Source of the DNA: Caecitellus pseudoparvulus | Taxonomy: Eukaryota; Protista; Bigyra: Bicosoecida | Length of the DNA: 64,000 nucleotides | Assembly: GCA_965644315.1 (NCBI GenBank) | Contig: CBFFRQ010000053.1 | Coordinates: 186,001-250,000 of the forward strand | Reading direction: 5' to 3' | Part shown: positions 1 to 12,100 of the stretch, piece after piece | How positions within the stretch are numbered: position 1 is the stretch's first letter | Layout of the letters: each line of letters starts with the position of its first letter | Notes under the pieces: generated by a model | Seen by the model: the letters and a program-made list of their open reading frames with translations, nothing else | Told to the model about the DNA's origin: nothing | Databases searched by the model: none | Translations under genes and position numbers: made by a program

Positions 1-451
1 GTCATCCACCTGTGGAGGCAACTGCTGTGATGGGCTTCAGAGCCCCTGGGCATCCCGTTCGCCACAGTTCCCGTCTGCTGGGTTGACTGTCCGGGGCGGC
101 TGCGGAGCAGATCCAGCGCACAGCACGGCCCCACAGTCAGTTGCGGGGCAGGCAATAAATTCCTCAACACGCGTCGACTTCCAGCGACGTTCATTGCTGC
201 AGTTCGTGACACCCTTGAATGTCTCTTCACATACCCGTCACTCGACGAAGCGAGGTGCCTTGCGGAAGCTGAATCCGCACAAGGCCGTGTTGCCGCACCC
301 ACAGGCGCACACCTGCGTCGTGCGAGTGGGAATTCAGGCGTCGCTCAACCTGAGCACCTGCTGCATCCCTGCAGGCTTGCTCCCTTCACTCGGGTGCCCA
401 GTCGACGTGGCGTGGCAGCTGGCCGAGCCGCGTTTTTACTTGCAGTGAGCG

Positions 452-2000
452 ATGACTGACGGCGAGTGGGGCATCTGCCCCGTGGAGGACAACAAGGACA
501 TTGTGGAGAACAGCCCCGTCAACTACGTCTACATTGTGCGTCCCCCGTGCTGCCTCGCGGCGCGCCGGCGTGAGGCTGGCGTGGCGCTGCCAGGGCGCGC
601 AGCTCCCAGCTCCTCGCCACCACCAAGCCAAGCAAGGCTCCGTTGTCACGCCCCTCGCGCCGCCGACCTCCGCAGGCTCTGTTCATGGGCATGTATTTTG
701 CATTGTCAGTGTACCTATGCTACGAGCTGTATGTTTTCTGCAGGGACAAGCAGAAGGGCTTCTGCGAGGCGCTGGGCAACAACAAGAACCAGGTCATCGC
801 TGCCCTGGGGCTGGGCTCGGTCTTCCGCCTGCCCACCGTCATGACGACGAACTGCGTCATTGAGGAGGCCTTCCGGCTGCTGAAAGACGTGCGTTGGCTG
901 GCAGCCCGCTCACGGCGTCGAGGGGTGTCGTTTCCCGCACTTCCCCAACGCCTCGCGTGGCACGCCCCGTCTGCCGCCCCTCCCCCACCTTGCAGGTGTT
1001 CGTCATGCTGTCATTCCTGCTGATCGTCATGTTCTGGGTGGAGATGCAAAGCTCCATGAGCAGGGTGTCTTCGGTGGACAGGTGCGTCTGAGCTTGCACC
1101 GTCGCAGCGCGATGCACGGCCTTGCAGAAGCCCGCTGCCACGGCCCTCCGCAGGCTGAGGCCGTACGTCATCGCTGTGATGGTGCTGTACAGCACCACCC
1201 GGACAGTGCAGGCAGTCTTCGACCTGTTGGGTGAGAGAACCCTTCGCCTGGTCTTCTCCTTCCTGACCGCCCTGGTGTATGCGGGCGTCCTGGGCGTCGG
1301 CGTGTACTTTGGCTGTCAGCTCCTGCGCAAGATGGGCAGCATGTCCCTGAACGCGACACTGAAAGCCAAGCTGCAGCGCATGACTGCCTTCATCGTGTAC
1401 GAGATCGGCCTGCTCTTCCTCATCTTCGTCGCCTGGCTGGTGCGCACGCAGGTCTTTTCCTACGCCAAGGAAGACGACCCCTGGCTCTGGTGGGGGCTCA
1501 AGCTCATCGAGAAGGTGCTGGAGTTCGTGGCCCTGCTGTTCCTGGTGCAGATCGTCGCGCCCCTGCCCTATGAGAAGATGTGCCCCTGCCTGCCTTGCTG
1601 CCAGGAGTCAGCTGACTCTGGCAAGGGTGGTGACAGCTCAGCTGGTGGGAAGGGCGGCGGCAGCACGGGTGCCAGCAAGGACGTGGAGCAAGGTGGGGGC
1701 GGAGGCTCCCGAGGTGGGGGTTCCCGTGGCGGCGGTGGTGGCTCCCGGGGAGGTGGCTCCCGTGGGGGCGGCTCCCGCGGTGGCGGCGGCCGCGGCGGCG
1801 CGAAGAAGAAGCCCCCAAGTGTGGAAATGACCAGCAAAGCAACGCCCCGACGAGGCAGCTCGGGCGGCATGGGTGGCTCCTCCACCGGCTCTGGCGGCAC
1901 AGGCGGGTCAGGCGGCACTGGGGACACGGTGCAGGCCAACCCCCTGCACACTGCCGGCAGTGACGCTTCCACTGAGGTGGACAACCCCATGCACACGTAG
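452..2000 (+). CDS. Multi-pass (about 7 TM) membrane protein, THH1/TOM1-like or GPCR-like, with Gly-rich C-terminal tail; 4 exons
   Basis: GT-AG introns at 536-675, 889-995 and 1082-1153 join ORF pieces in frame (…NYVYI|ALFMG…LLKD|VFVML…VDR|LRPYV…). Successive hydrophobic helices, with 'FLLIVMFWVEM' resembling the TOM1/THH1 family; GGSRG repeats in the tail. Confidence 0.6.
1695..1800 (+). repeat. Coding low-complexity repeat (GGGSR)n
   Basis: Four GG[CT]TCCCG units encoding GGSRG within the last exon. Confidence 0.7.
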
Positions 2001-2070
2001 ACCAGCCACACCTCGCTCTGCATGCAAGTGACCTTTCCGGGGTGGCTTCGGGCCTGTTGCCCAGCTTCTT

Positions 2071-2080
2071 AATGCATTGC
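2071..2080. terminator. Palindromic AATGCATT(GC), putative bidirectional 3'-end signal
   Basis: Lies between convergent stops at 2000 (+) and 2090 (-); reads AATGCA on both strands. Confidence 0.6.
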
Positions 2081-2089
2081 CCCGCCAGG

Positions 2090-2858
2090 TCAGGTGGCCA
2101 CTCGGCGCTCGAAGAAGGAGCGGAGCGAGTAGATCTGCCACAGGGACACGCTCACAAGCACCGCCAGCTCCATGATGGAGAACCACATGACTCGCCCGTT
2201 GGTGCTCTCGTTGGTGTCCCGGGCCGCCCGCTCGCGGGCCCACATGAACTTCTGCATGTCCACGACGCTGTCCAGCGCATCGCTCAACTGCAGGATCTCG
2301 TTCTCCAGGGGCGAGATCTCCTCCTTCATCGCCACGCTCTTGAACACTTCGTCGCCTGCAGGGCATGGCACACGAGGGGGGCGGGCGGGCGTGACGTGCC
2401 CTGCAAGCGCCGTGCTGTGTGCTGGCCCGGCTCACCGTGGTGCAGGCGGAAGGACACCACCTTCTCAGCGGACGTGGACAGGCGGTTGCTGAAGCAGACC
2501 TTGTACTCGCCGGTTTGTGGTGCGAGGATGTTGAAGTGGCCCTGTGTCTCTCGGGAGGCGGTGTACAGCTGGCCTCCTTGCGGGCCCAGCACCTGTGTGG
2601 CAAGCAGAGGCAGCGGCGTTAGTGCGGGGTTTCGCCGTGAGGCTGGGCTGTCCGGCGCACGCCTGCCGCCCGTACATCAACGTCCACATCCAGGAAGCCG
2701 CCTGAGATGACTTCGTAGCTGCCCGTCAACTTGTTGTTCATCTCCACCCGCTCATAGAAGCACTCGGCCCCTGCCTTGCCGAAGGGCACTGTGATGTCCA
2801 AAGCCGCGGCGCAGGCGACGCCAGCGGCCACAAGCAGTGCTGTGGCTCCCCGGGCCAT
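2090..2858 (-). CDS. p24/emp24/TMED family GOLD-domain cargo receptor (TMED2-like); 3 exons
   Basis: Signal peptide, ECFYE…GSYEVISGGFLDVD, GEYKVCFSNRLST…K, coiled coil, 'NESTNGRVMWFS' TM and C-terminal 'LRSFFERRV'. Introns 2675-2593 and 2435-2356. Confidence 0.93.
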
Positions 2859-2982
2859 GGCGACCCGTTGCAGGCCAAGCAAGCACAGACGGCACAAAGT
2901 GTGCACTGGAGCGAACACGGGACCTCCACTGCAGCGCCAACAAAGCAGTTCACGTGTATTTTGAGCGACCGCAGCGCTCCGT

Positions 2983-3845
2983 TCAGGCCGGCGTCAGGTC
3001 AACCCCTGAAGCCTGCGCGATTGTGGCCCACAGAGCATTCGCCAGAGCTGTGTCATCCAGGCTCCCTGCTGGAATGGAGAAGGCTTTCACAGGCCTGCCC
3101 TCCGGCATGACATCTGTGGGAGGGTTTTGGAGGGCGGGCTGGTTCGAAGCGCGACGGGTGCTTGCCATGCCATGCCCACGGCACTCACGACCAGCGATGT
3201 CCTTCGAGTCATAGTCCCACTTGATGCTGCAGATGTTGGCGTACAGGCTGATGGAGTGCCTGCGAAGGTGCGGGCGGGGTCGGGCGCAGTGGTGGAGGCC
3301 ATGTGGTGCGTGCAAGTGCTGCTCCAGCTGCGTACTTGACGCGAGGCAACTTGACAGCTTGCTCATGCTCCAGCTGTTGAACTGCTTCGTTCACGGCCTG
3401 CAGTTGTGTCTTCAAGGCCTGCACCTGCTCCAGTGTCGCGGCACGCTCCTGAGACAGGGCTCCGATGGCGGCCAGCACTTGCTGCCGTTGCTGGTCCAGC
3501 TCCTCCATGCGCTCCCTGAAGGTCGCCTCATCACCCGGGCGCAGCGCCGCTTGTTCTGCCCTCTCCACATCCTTGCTCAGAGCTGTGATTGCACGCGATG
3601 GCGAGGTGCCAGGGGGTGCTGTAAGGCGGCAACGAGGGGCTGCCGTTGTCGCGTTTCGCCCGCGTTTGCCCACCTGCGATCAAGTCTTTCGCGCTGGTTT
3701 GCTGTACCTGGAAAGCAGAGGCCAGCTGCAGTTGCAGGTCTCGAATACTATCCACAGCTTCTGTGTCGTGTTGGTGGGCGAATACCTCTGTCAAGTCACT
3801 CAGGTACTTCACCGCTGTGTCATAGTCACTGCTCTCGCCGGCCAT
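2983..3845 (-). CDS. SPC24: Kinetochore Ndc80-complex subunit Spc24-like; 4 exons
   Basis: Long coiled coil followed by the RWD-like tail 'ISLYANICSIKWDY…IAG…F.I……ALANALW'. Three GT-AG introns (~3673-3584, ~3335-3260, ~3188-3114) restore the frame. Confidence 0.72.
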
Positions 3846-4381
3846 GGTGCTGCGTCACCTGGACGGACTCAGGTTCGGAGCCACAAACAGTCGCGGAGGA
3901 CTTTGTGGCCACGTGCGTAAGGCAGATCAATGGTGCTCGGTGGCCCTTTGAATTCTTCGCACCCATGAGCCGTGTTTGGATTGTGCAGGGATTGCTGCGT
4001 CGTGCCCAGCAGAGAGGCGAGACTTGTGCTTGGGCAAGATGCGCTGGGCATGCCGGTCAAGGCAGGGCCCACGCGAACCGCCTAGAGGGGGGGGGCTATG
4101 GAGGTGGCACAATGGCCCGCAAGTCCCGCCCTGCCGCGTGCGCTGCCGGGGCCACCCATCTGCCACGGAATCTCGACACCTCCCAAGATGCTCCCACCTT
4201 CACAAAGCCACGCGGTGCAGCGCGCCACTGCCTCGGAGCGGCACCGCAGTCGCACCTCGGCAGTCACACCTGCGCAGCACAACCAAATCCGCCCCGCCAC
4301 TGCATTCAGGTACCGCACGTGTGCCCAGCTCAGCCTGCCCTGCCGCGCCAGCGCAAGCCCGAAGCTGCCGTTCCTGCCACC

Positions 4382-5766
4382 ATGCGCACCTTCGCGGCCA
4401 CCTTGGCCATCGCGGCCGCTGCCGTCACAAGTGCCACCATCAGCCACTGTGATGACCACTATGACTGCGAGGTGCGTCGCTGCATGCCTGTCTGCTCCCT
4501 TGTGCCGACCCCTGCCAGGCGTGGTCCCGTGCTGCACTGCACCACATTCGTTGTCAGTGACACTTCGCCCGCACACCCCTTGCTGGCCCTTCCCCCAGTA
4601 TGACTTCGTGGCAGCCGATTCCAAGCATTATCACTGTGAGTTTGCTGGTGCTCCCGTGTCCCCGCCGCCTCCCTGCCACCTGCTTGTCGCACGCCTCCTT
4701 GCTGCCTGCTCCCCTTTCAGTTGACTTGGCACCGCTGTGCTCGCAAAACGGCTACAGCCACCTGAACGCCTCCACCGACCAGACGTACTGGTTCAACAGT
4801 GCGTGGCATGCTGGCGTCGCCTCGTTGTTGTGCTGCTGCCTTTCCTCACCGCTGCTCCCTCCCCTGCCCACTTCAGTCTGCGGTACCGCCCCCGAGTACT
4901 GCTCCCCCCAAGGCTACGATGTCTTCCAGCGCGTGGGCCCTGCCGTGCAGTTCTTCGGCGGGCAGCCAGACTGCAACCAGGCCAACCCTGAGTGCACCAA
5001 CATCCTCACAGGCGAGCCCGAGTGCTGCACTCGTGACTGCGAGATCCTGGGGTACGGCACGCCCATCTTCAGCATGCAGGATGAGAGCAACCCCGTCACA
5101 GGCGGCCTGCGCATCCAGCACATCGCGGCGCCCCCCACCTTCGACGACATTTTCTCCTGCCCCACCGACCCCAAGACCGGCGCGCCCCGCAGCCGCAGCC
5201 TGACGTACCTGCTCAACTGCGACCAGACCGCCATCTTCGCGCCCAAGATCACTAGCGTCCTGGAGGTGTCAGAGTGCACCTATGAGTTCCAGATCTCCAC
5301 CAGGTATGCCTGCGGCTGCGCGCCCCAGTGTGACGGCAAGACCTGCGGCCCCAACGGCTGCGGCGGCTTCTGTGGCTCCAACGGCATGGGTGGCAACTGC
5401 CCCGATGGGCAGAGCTGCGGCGACGACCAGGTGTGCCGCTCCCCCGCCCCTGCCAACTCCAACAAGCCCAACGGCAAGTACCAGTACACTGGCGGCGACA
5501 TTGCCGGCGCCCTCTTCGGCGGCATCCTCCTGGCCCTCGTCCTGCTCGCCATCGGCTACTTCCTCTTCAGCAAGGGGTACTGCGCGGCGGCTTACGCTGC
5601 CGTGACTGGCGCTGGCCGCCGGGGCTTCAAGAAGATGCCCCCTGGTGCAGCCGGCAAGGACGGTGCCACTGCCAGTGCTGCGGCTTCCGACTCCACCTCC
5701 TCCTCCTACAACTCCATGGGTGCCGGCGCCAAGGCCAGCAGCAGCTATGGCTCCAGCTCTCTGTAG
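4382..5766 (+). CDS. Type-I membrane protein with mannose-6-phosphate-receptor homology (MRH/ATG27-like) domain, Cys-rich module, TM and Tyr-containing tail; 4 exons
   Basis: Signal peptide MRTFAATLAIAAAA; 'FDLAPLC…YWFNICG…' and 'RSLTYLLNCD…ECTYEFQISTRYAC' MRH pattern; TM 'GALFGGILLALVLLAIGYFLF'. Introns ~4472-4598, ~4636-4720, ~4799-4876. Confidence 0.72.
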
Positions 5767-5911
5767 GCGCGGTACTGTGTGGTCTACGCCGGCGGCAGTG
5801 CTGGTCTCGACACAATGCACAAAACCCAACCCAAACGCCAACCACCCCACGCTCCTTCACGTGGACTCCCTGTCTTCCCAGCCTGCACCAGCGCCACGCT
5901 CAGCGCCACGC

Positions 5912-7716
5912 ATGCCGAAACGGAGCCGATCAGGCGCAGCGCCGCCTGCGCCAGCTCCCCCGCAGCCCCCCGATGACGACAGCAAGTGCAAGGCGCGAGC
6001 CAGGAATCGTGTGCATGCCCGCAAGTCTCGCCAGCGCAAGAAGCTGCAAGTGCAGAGCCTGAGGAACGGCATCGAAGATTTGCAGGTGCGCCACGTCATT
6101 TGCTGGACCACGCATGGCTCCACGCGGCACGGCCCGCCCTCCACGCGCGCACGGCAGGCTGAAATCGACCACCTGACGCCCCTCTTTCAAAAACACGTCG
6201 CGAAAGACCTGGAGGCGTGGAAAGCACACATGGGCTTCGCCCCCTGCACTGTGAGTGGCGTGCGATGCCTGCGGCACTACCTCACCGGGTAAACCACTCC
6301 CCAAACCTACCGCACCGCGCTGCATGGCCACAGGTCCCGCAGCTGGATGATGCAGAGTTCGATGGGGAAATGCCACTCCCTCTGGAAGGCGGCACTGCGC
6401 TGGATGAGAAAGCTCGCCTCGAACGCTCTCGGTACGTGACGTGTCCCGCTGCCGCCGCCCGCCCAGCGCTGCTCTGACGCACCTGCCCCCCAGGCGCGTG
6501 CTGCGAGCCTGCTGAGCCTTGCCAGCGCCAAGTTTGCCCTGCATGGCGCGGTGCATGGCTCTGCACTGGCTCTCAGGCCGCCTGGGGCCCCTCAGAACCT
6601 TTGCTCCCACTCCACGCCATCACTTCCCTTCCTGCCACGCCACTTCCCTTGTGTCCCCACATGCCGCAAGCGCTCACGTGCTGCACCCCCCGGCCACCCG
6701 CCACCCGCCTCCGCAGGGCCAGGAACAAGCTGCATGCCCGTAAATCAAGGCAAAGGAAGAAACTCGTCATGGAGGCACTGCGGCAGGAGAACTCCACGCT
6801 GTCACGCCTCGTGGCGTCCATGCGCGCAGTGAGTGGGAAGGCTGCCAACCTCGCTTGCAACGCAGCAGGCCATGCACACTCACACACACCCCCTCCGCGC
6901 GCACTGCAGGCACTGGCCACCACTTTAGGCCCTGCGCACCCGGTGTTGGCCTGGCGCCCCCCTGCTCGGGAACCCCTCCCAGATGTGGACGAGGTGGACA
7001 GCGGCAGGCCACAGCAGGGTGCTAAGGCAGGCGCCGCGCCTCAGCCCCCCGCGCCAGCACCTGCACCTGCTCAGGCAGATGCCACTGCAGCGCTCATGGC
7101 GCTGGCCGATGTGGCGGGGCGGCAGAAGGAGGGGGGCGAGCAGGGCGCCTCCCCCGCCAAACGCCCTCGCACCGACAGCACGCCAGAGGTGCTGCCCCCC
7201 ACCACGAGTGGCTGGATGCAGGGCGGCACACCTGCCCTCTGGGGCCATGCCTTGCACCAGCATCCGCCCACTGGGCAGCAGGTGGCCCCTGCGCTGCCTA
7301 GCCCGGCCGCCACCAGCCGCATTCCTGCCAGCCCGGCTGTCGGCGCCCACGCCGGCCACTCCGCTGCGCCGAGATTCGTCCTCACTGCCTCAGCGAGCCA
7401 GGGGCGCAGCAGCACGGCCCCCTCTCAGTCTTCCGGGCCTGCCATGCCCTCCATCCCCCACGGGACCTTCTCTGCGCCCGTTGGCAGTGGGCACGGCAAA
7501 GGCTTCAGCGGTGGAAGCGCGGGATACAGCGCGATGCAGCTGGGCGCGCCGCCTCCAGATGAATTGGGTAAGCACAAGGGCGGGCAGGTGCGCGCTCCAG
7601 GGCACGGCACACACCTGCTCCAGAGTCAAGGCGCAGTGCGGTACACGCTGGCTGACTTGGCTGCTGCAGGGGAGGCCCTGGCAACTCACGAAGCGCTCAA
7701 ACGGCACCGTGTCTGA
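5912..7716 (+). CDS. bZIP transcription factor with two tandem bZIP domains; 5 exons
   Basis: RARNRVHARKSRQRKK+leucine heptads and RARNKLHARKSRQRKK+heptads. Introns ~6086-6157, ~6251-6332, ~6432-6716, ~6829-6909. Confidence 0.82.
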
Positions 7717-7781
7717 TGCAAAACGTCAATGCAGCGGTCTCTTGTCGCCGCTGGCATGCTCACTCTCGCAACAACGTGGCC

Positions 7782-9123
7782 ATGGCGGCAGCTGTGGGGG
7801 GCGGGGTGGTTGTAGGAGACCAGCAGGCACAGCTGGGCCAGGCCATTGCCGTCATTGTACCCGTGCACAACGGCGCAGAGCACATTGAGGCGGCCCTGCG
7901 CAGCATTGCGGCACAGACGCATAACTACATTCAGGTGAGCTGGCCCTGCAGGGCGGCTGGCGAGCCGGTGCCGCGGTGGTGGGCAACAATTTCCGCATCC
8001 CCCACACGCGCAGGTCTGCGTCCACGACGACGCCAGCACCGATGGCACGTGGGAGCTGCTGCTTCGTCTGCAGACTGAATTGACTGTGGAGTCGCCTGAC
8101 CGCTCCCTCACTTTCCGATTCACTCGCTCCACCGACAAACCGCAGCGAGCAGGCGCTGCCAGGAATGCAGCAGTGGAGGCTTCCTCCGCGTCGTGGCTAG
8201 CCCTGTTGGACGCAGACGACACGATGGCACCAGAACGCCTGCAATTGCAGCTTGCTGCCGCGGAGAAGCTGCCAGAGCTGTGCCTGGTGGGCAGCGGCAT
8301 TGCCAGGGACCCCCCTGATGCGACACACCGGTACACAGCGTGGGCCAACTCGTTGTCTGACGAGGACCTGCAGCATCAGCGCTACCGGGAGTGCACGCTG
8401 CTGGCGCCCACGTGGTTCATGCCGCGGGCCCTGTTCACAGCTGTGGGCGGCATGCCGTCCAGCGCAGAGGACGTGCTGCAGTGCTTGACCCTGCTAGGGA
8501 AGGGTGACCCCCCCTTCCCTTTCCTGGGGCCCCCCCCCGAGTCCCAGCCCAAGCGGCGGAAAGTGGAGCCTGCTGACATGAGGCCTGCCTGGCACTTCAC
8601 CGCCCAGCAAGTGGCTGGTCCCACTGGCGTGGTCCCGGAGGACTTGTTGTTCTTCCTGAAGGCGGTGGCGCTGGGCGCAACTCTGCACCGGGTGCCACAG
8701 CCCCTCGTCACATACACCCACCGCGCAGGCAGCTCGTCGGAGGGCACGCCACGCAGGGTATTGCAGCGTGTGCGTGCGGCCGCCTTTGAGCAGCAGGTGC
8801 TGAGCACTGCTGCATGGCAGGGCGGCTTCTACATCTGGGGCGTGGGGCGGGATGGCCGCTTCCTGTACGGCAGCCTGTCCGCGGCCGCACGGGCCAAGGT
8901 GCTGGGGTTTGTGGATGTCAACCCTGCCTGGACGGGCAAGACGTACCACCACGCGGCGCTGCGGGAGAGCGTGCCTGTCCTGCACATGGACGACCTGCGG
9001 AGTGGGCCCATCGTCACGGCGGTGGCGCTGCACCGGACCGAGGGCGCCTTCAGTGCGAACCTGGCAGCCACAGCCCAGCGCCTGGGCCTGCAGCATGGAA
9101 AGGACGTGTGGTACTTCATTTGA
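7782..9123 (+). CDS. B3GNTL1: GT2 glycosyltransferase, B3GNTL1/QTGAL (queuosine-tRNA galactosyltransferase) homologue; 2 exons
   Basis: VIVPVHN, HDDASTDGT, LDADD, 'RYTAWANSL', 'PTWF', 'GVVPEDLLFF', 'FYIWGVGRDGR.LY.SL…KV.GFVDV', 'GAFSANL…L.HGKDVWYF' all follow the B3GNTL1 pattern. Intron ~7935-8013. Confidence 0.85.
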
Positions 9124-9134
9124 CAAGGGGGCGC

Positions 9135-12100
9135 TCACATGGAGCTGGGGGGGGGTGAGGACACCCCTGCCGCTGCGCCAGCAGGGGGCCGCACGCGAGC
9201 CTTGGCGGGCAGGGGCGGAGGGGGGGGTGGTTGCCGGCGGGCCTTGGGCAGTGGCGCCAGCACACTGGGCATGTCTGGCATGACGCTGGAGAACAGTTCC
9301 GAGAGGGGCGGCGTTGGGGCGGGGGGCAGCAAGGCCAGGTCCAGCTGCGATGCCCCCACAGGGTCAGGCGGCGGCAGCCCTGCTGCCCCCTCACCTACAT
9401 CAGCCACTGTGCCCTGCAGGCGCTGCAGCATGGCCAGCACTTCCGGATCTGCAAGGCTGGTCGCCAGCATGGAATGCAGGGTGAGAGAGGCGCCATCCAC
9501 GCCCCAGTCGTTCCCCCGCTGCTGCCCAGCGAGGGAGGAGCGGGTGGACATGCCAGTCCACGGCGTCCGTGGCGGCTCCGGGGAGGTGGACTGCACGCTG
9601 CCCTCGGAGCCTGACGAGTACGTGTCCAGCTGCTCGCTCAGCTGCGCGTCAGGGCTGGTGTCGCCCTGCTCCGCATCCCCCTCTGAGGCGGTGGAGGCGG
9701 GCGTGCTGGGGGCGCTGGCTGGCGCGGGGGGTGGCGCTGCCGGCCGCTTGGGTGCCACTGCCAGGGGCTTGCGGGAGGGCGGCGCAGGGGCTTTCTTTCG
9801 GCTGGACTTACCCTGCGGCGGCTGGGCCAGCTGCTGCCCCAGCACGGCGGTGGCGTCTTGAAGGGGGGATAGCGGCAGGCCGTTCAGGGTGGGCAGGGCG
9901 GACCGCACCGCCTCCTTCGTCGTCAGCACACGCAGCTGGCTGGAAGCAGCCATGAGCTCCGCCGCCGCCTCCCCGCCCTGGGCCAGCAGCCCGCCCACAC
10001 GCGTGGACAGGTGGGGCACGCCCCGCGCGGGGTCCTGCAGGTCCAGCTCAAATGCAGCACAGACGGGCACGTGGTCACTGCCCAGCACCTCGTCGTTCAT
10101 GCTGTAGCTCTCCCACCGCAAGGTGGGCAGGGACGGCGGGCGTGGAGGCAGCATGAACCGCCCGCCAGCCTCCCTGCCCTGCTCTTCGCCCCCCGCCACG
10201 CCGTCCAGAGCGGCACTGCTGTGTCGTGAGCGGGGGTTGGCCGTGTCCAGTGTCGTGCCCAAACTGCTCCATGCCGAGGAGGACATGCCCCCCCAGGTGA
10301 CCTGGGAGGCCGGCCGGGTCCCCCCTGCTGCCTCGCTTGCGCCGGCCTCCTCTCCGCCTTGGGCAGGCATGACCCACAGCGGGTGCACCTGGGCACGCAC
10401 GACGGGGGGTTGCTGGGACAGGGGCCGGCGCACCAGGATGCGGTCAGTGTACGAGGGTGTGCGCGTGGTGATGGAGGCGCTGCCAGCTGCGCCGTCCTCC
10501 TCCTCCCCGCCCTCGTCCCCAGCACCCCGGCTGGCTTGTCCCGGCGCGCTTGGCGCCTGGGCTGTGGTCCCCCCCTCGCCCATGGCCACTGGGACCATGG
10601 ATGCCCGGGAACGCTTTCCTACAGGGCTTGCGGCAGGGTCCACGCCTGAGCTGCTGGCGCTCGAAGCGACCGCTGCAGTCACAGCAGCCAGTGCTTGCGG
10701 GCGCGCTGACCGCCTTCGTGACTTGGGCCCTGTCAGAGTACTGTCGGCTGCCCCCGAGCCACCTACCATGGACATGCGGAAGCGCTTACCTGTCCCGTGC
10801 TTGCGGGGTGTGCTCGCCGCCTCCTCTGACGCGGGCGGTGACAGCACAGCCGGGCGTAGGGGCAAGTGCATGTCTTCTGCAGCAGTGGAGGCGGCGTCAG
10901 TGCTCGCCCTCGCCGCTCCAACGGGGGCAGACGAGGGCGTGAGGAAGGCGCCCATGCGCACTGACGGCACCCGCATGAGGGCGCCGACGCCAGACGGCAC
11001 GTGCCGCTGAGCCTCCCCGCCGCGCTCGGAGGCTGTGGAGGAGGCCCGACTGCGCTCTGGCGTGGAGAGGCTGGAGTCCAGCCCCGCCTCGCCCCCCAGC
11101 CACGCACTGGCCTTCTTCGACGTGTGCTGGGGCAGCGGCGTCGTCATCGCCGGCCGCCCAGCCGCCCGAGACCCCCGTCTGCCGGAGCCGGCACCACCAG
11201 TGGCCGCCCCTTCCGGCAGACTGGGGGGCGAGCCTGCCCCCTGGGAGGCGCTGCTGGCACCCGCTGCCAGGATGGGCAAGGCGGCCCTGCCAGGCAGCGT
11301 CCCGCCGCCCTTGGCGATGTGCGTGGAGTAGCCATTGGCCACCTTGCGCACATCGGCGTAGTCGCCACGACACCGCCGCAGGACACCTGCCCCATCCCGC
11401 ACTCGACGGTAGGTGGGCGGGAACACCACCGCCGCCTCCTCGAACCCCAGGAACAGCCTGCCCCACGTCATCTCGGCCCGCAGCTCCTCCATGAGCAACA
11501 GGCGGCGCCAGGGCCGCTCGGGGTCGATGTCTTGAGGCGCCACGCGACTGGCAGCGGCGGTGCCGGACTCCAGCTCAGCCTTGCGCGCCAGGCGCTTGCT
11601 CTCGGCGCGTGCGACCAGCAGGACAGCCTGCTCCGGCGACATCTTCACGCGGTAATTCAAGTCTCCTGCCAGGAACACGTAGCCGTTCAGCAGCGCCCGG
11701 CGCAAGTCCACGCCAGACGACTGCTCGCTGCCGCCGCTGGTGCCTTGGCTGTGGCTGGCGCTGTCGTCGCCGAAGTCCTCTGGGCCGCCGCCTGCCTCGC
11801 TGCCGGGCGAGGAGCGGGAGAAAGGCACGGGGGAGGTGCGGTCTCGGGCCTCCAGGGCGTCGCCGCCCAGGGTGCCGCTGCGGGGGGTGGGCCCCTGTGG
11901 CGGGGTGGGTGTCGAGTGGCCCCCGCCGGCTGCCGTGCCAGGGCCGGTGAAGGTGCGGCTGGCCACGCTGACGCCCGACCCCCTCGTCCCCCGTGTGCCG
12001 TCCCTGCCCCGGATGACGCTGTCCCCCCGCCCCAGGGGGAAGAACAGAGTGCTGGAGCGCTTGCTGCGAGCACCATCGTCGCTGCCCGCCTCAGACAGGG

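Noticed and set aside
1-450. ORF 83-448
   Set aside because: No domain or coding-like composition; probably promoter/5'-UTR with an acceptor-like TTGCAG at 445.
3221-4381. 460-aa plus-strand ORF upstream of the MRH gene
   Set aside because: Overlaps Spc24 antisense and the divergent promoter; the real start is the signal-peptide ATG at 4382.
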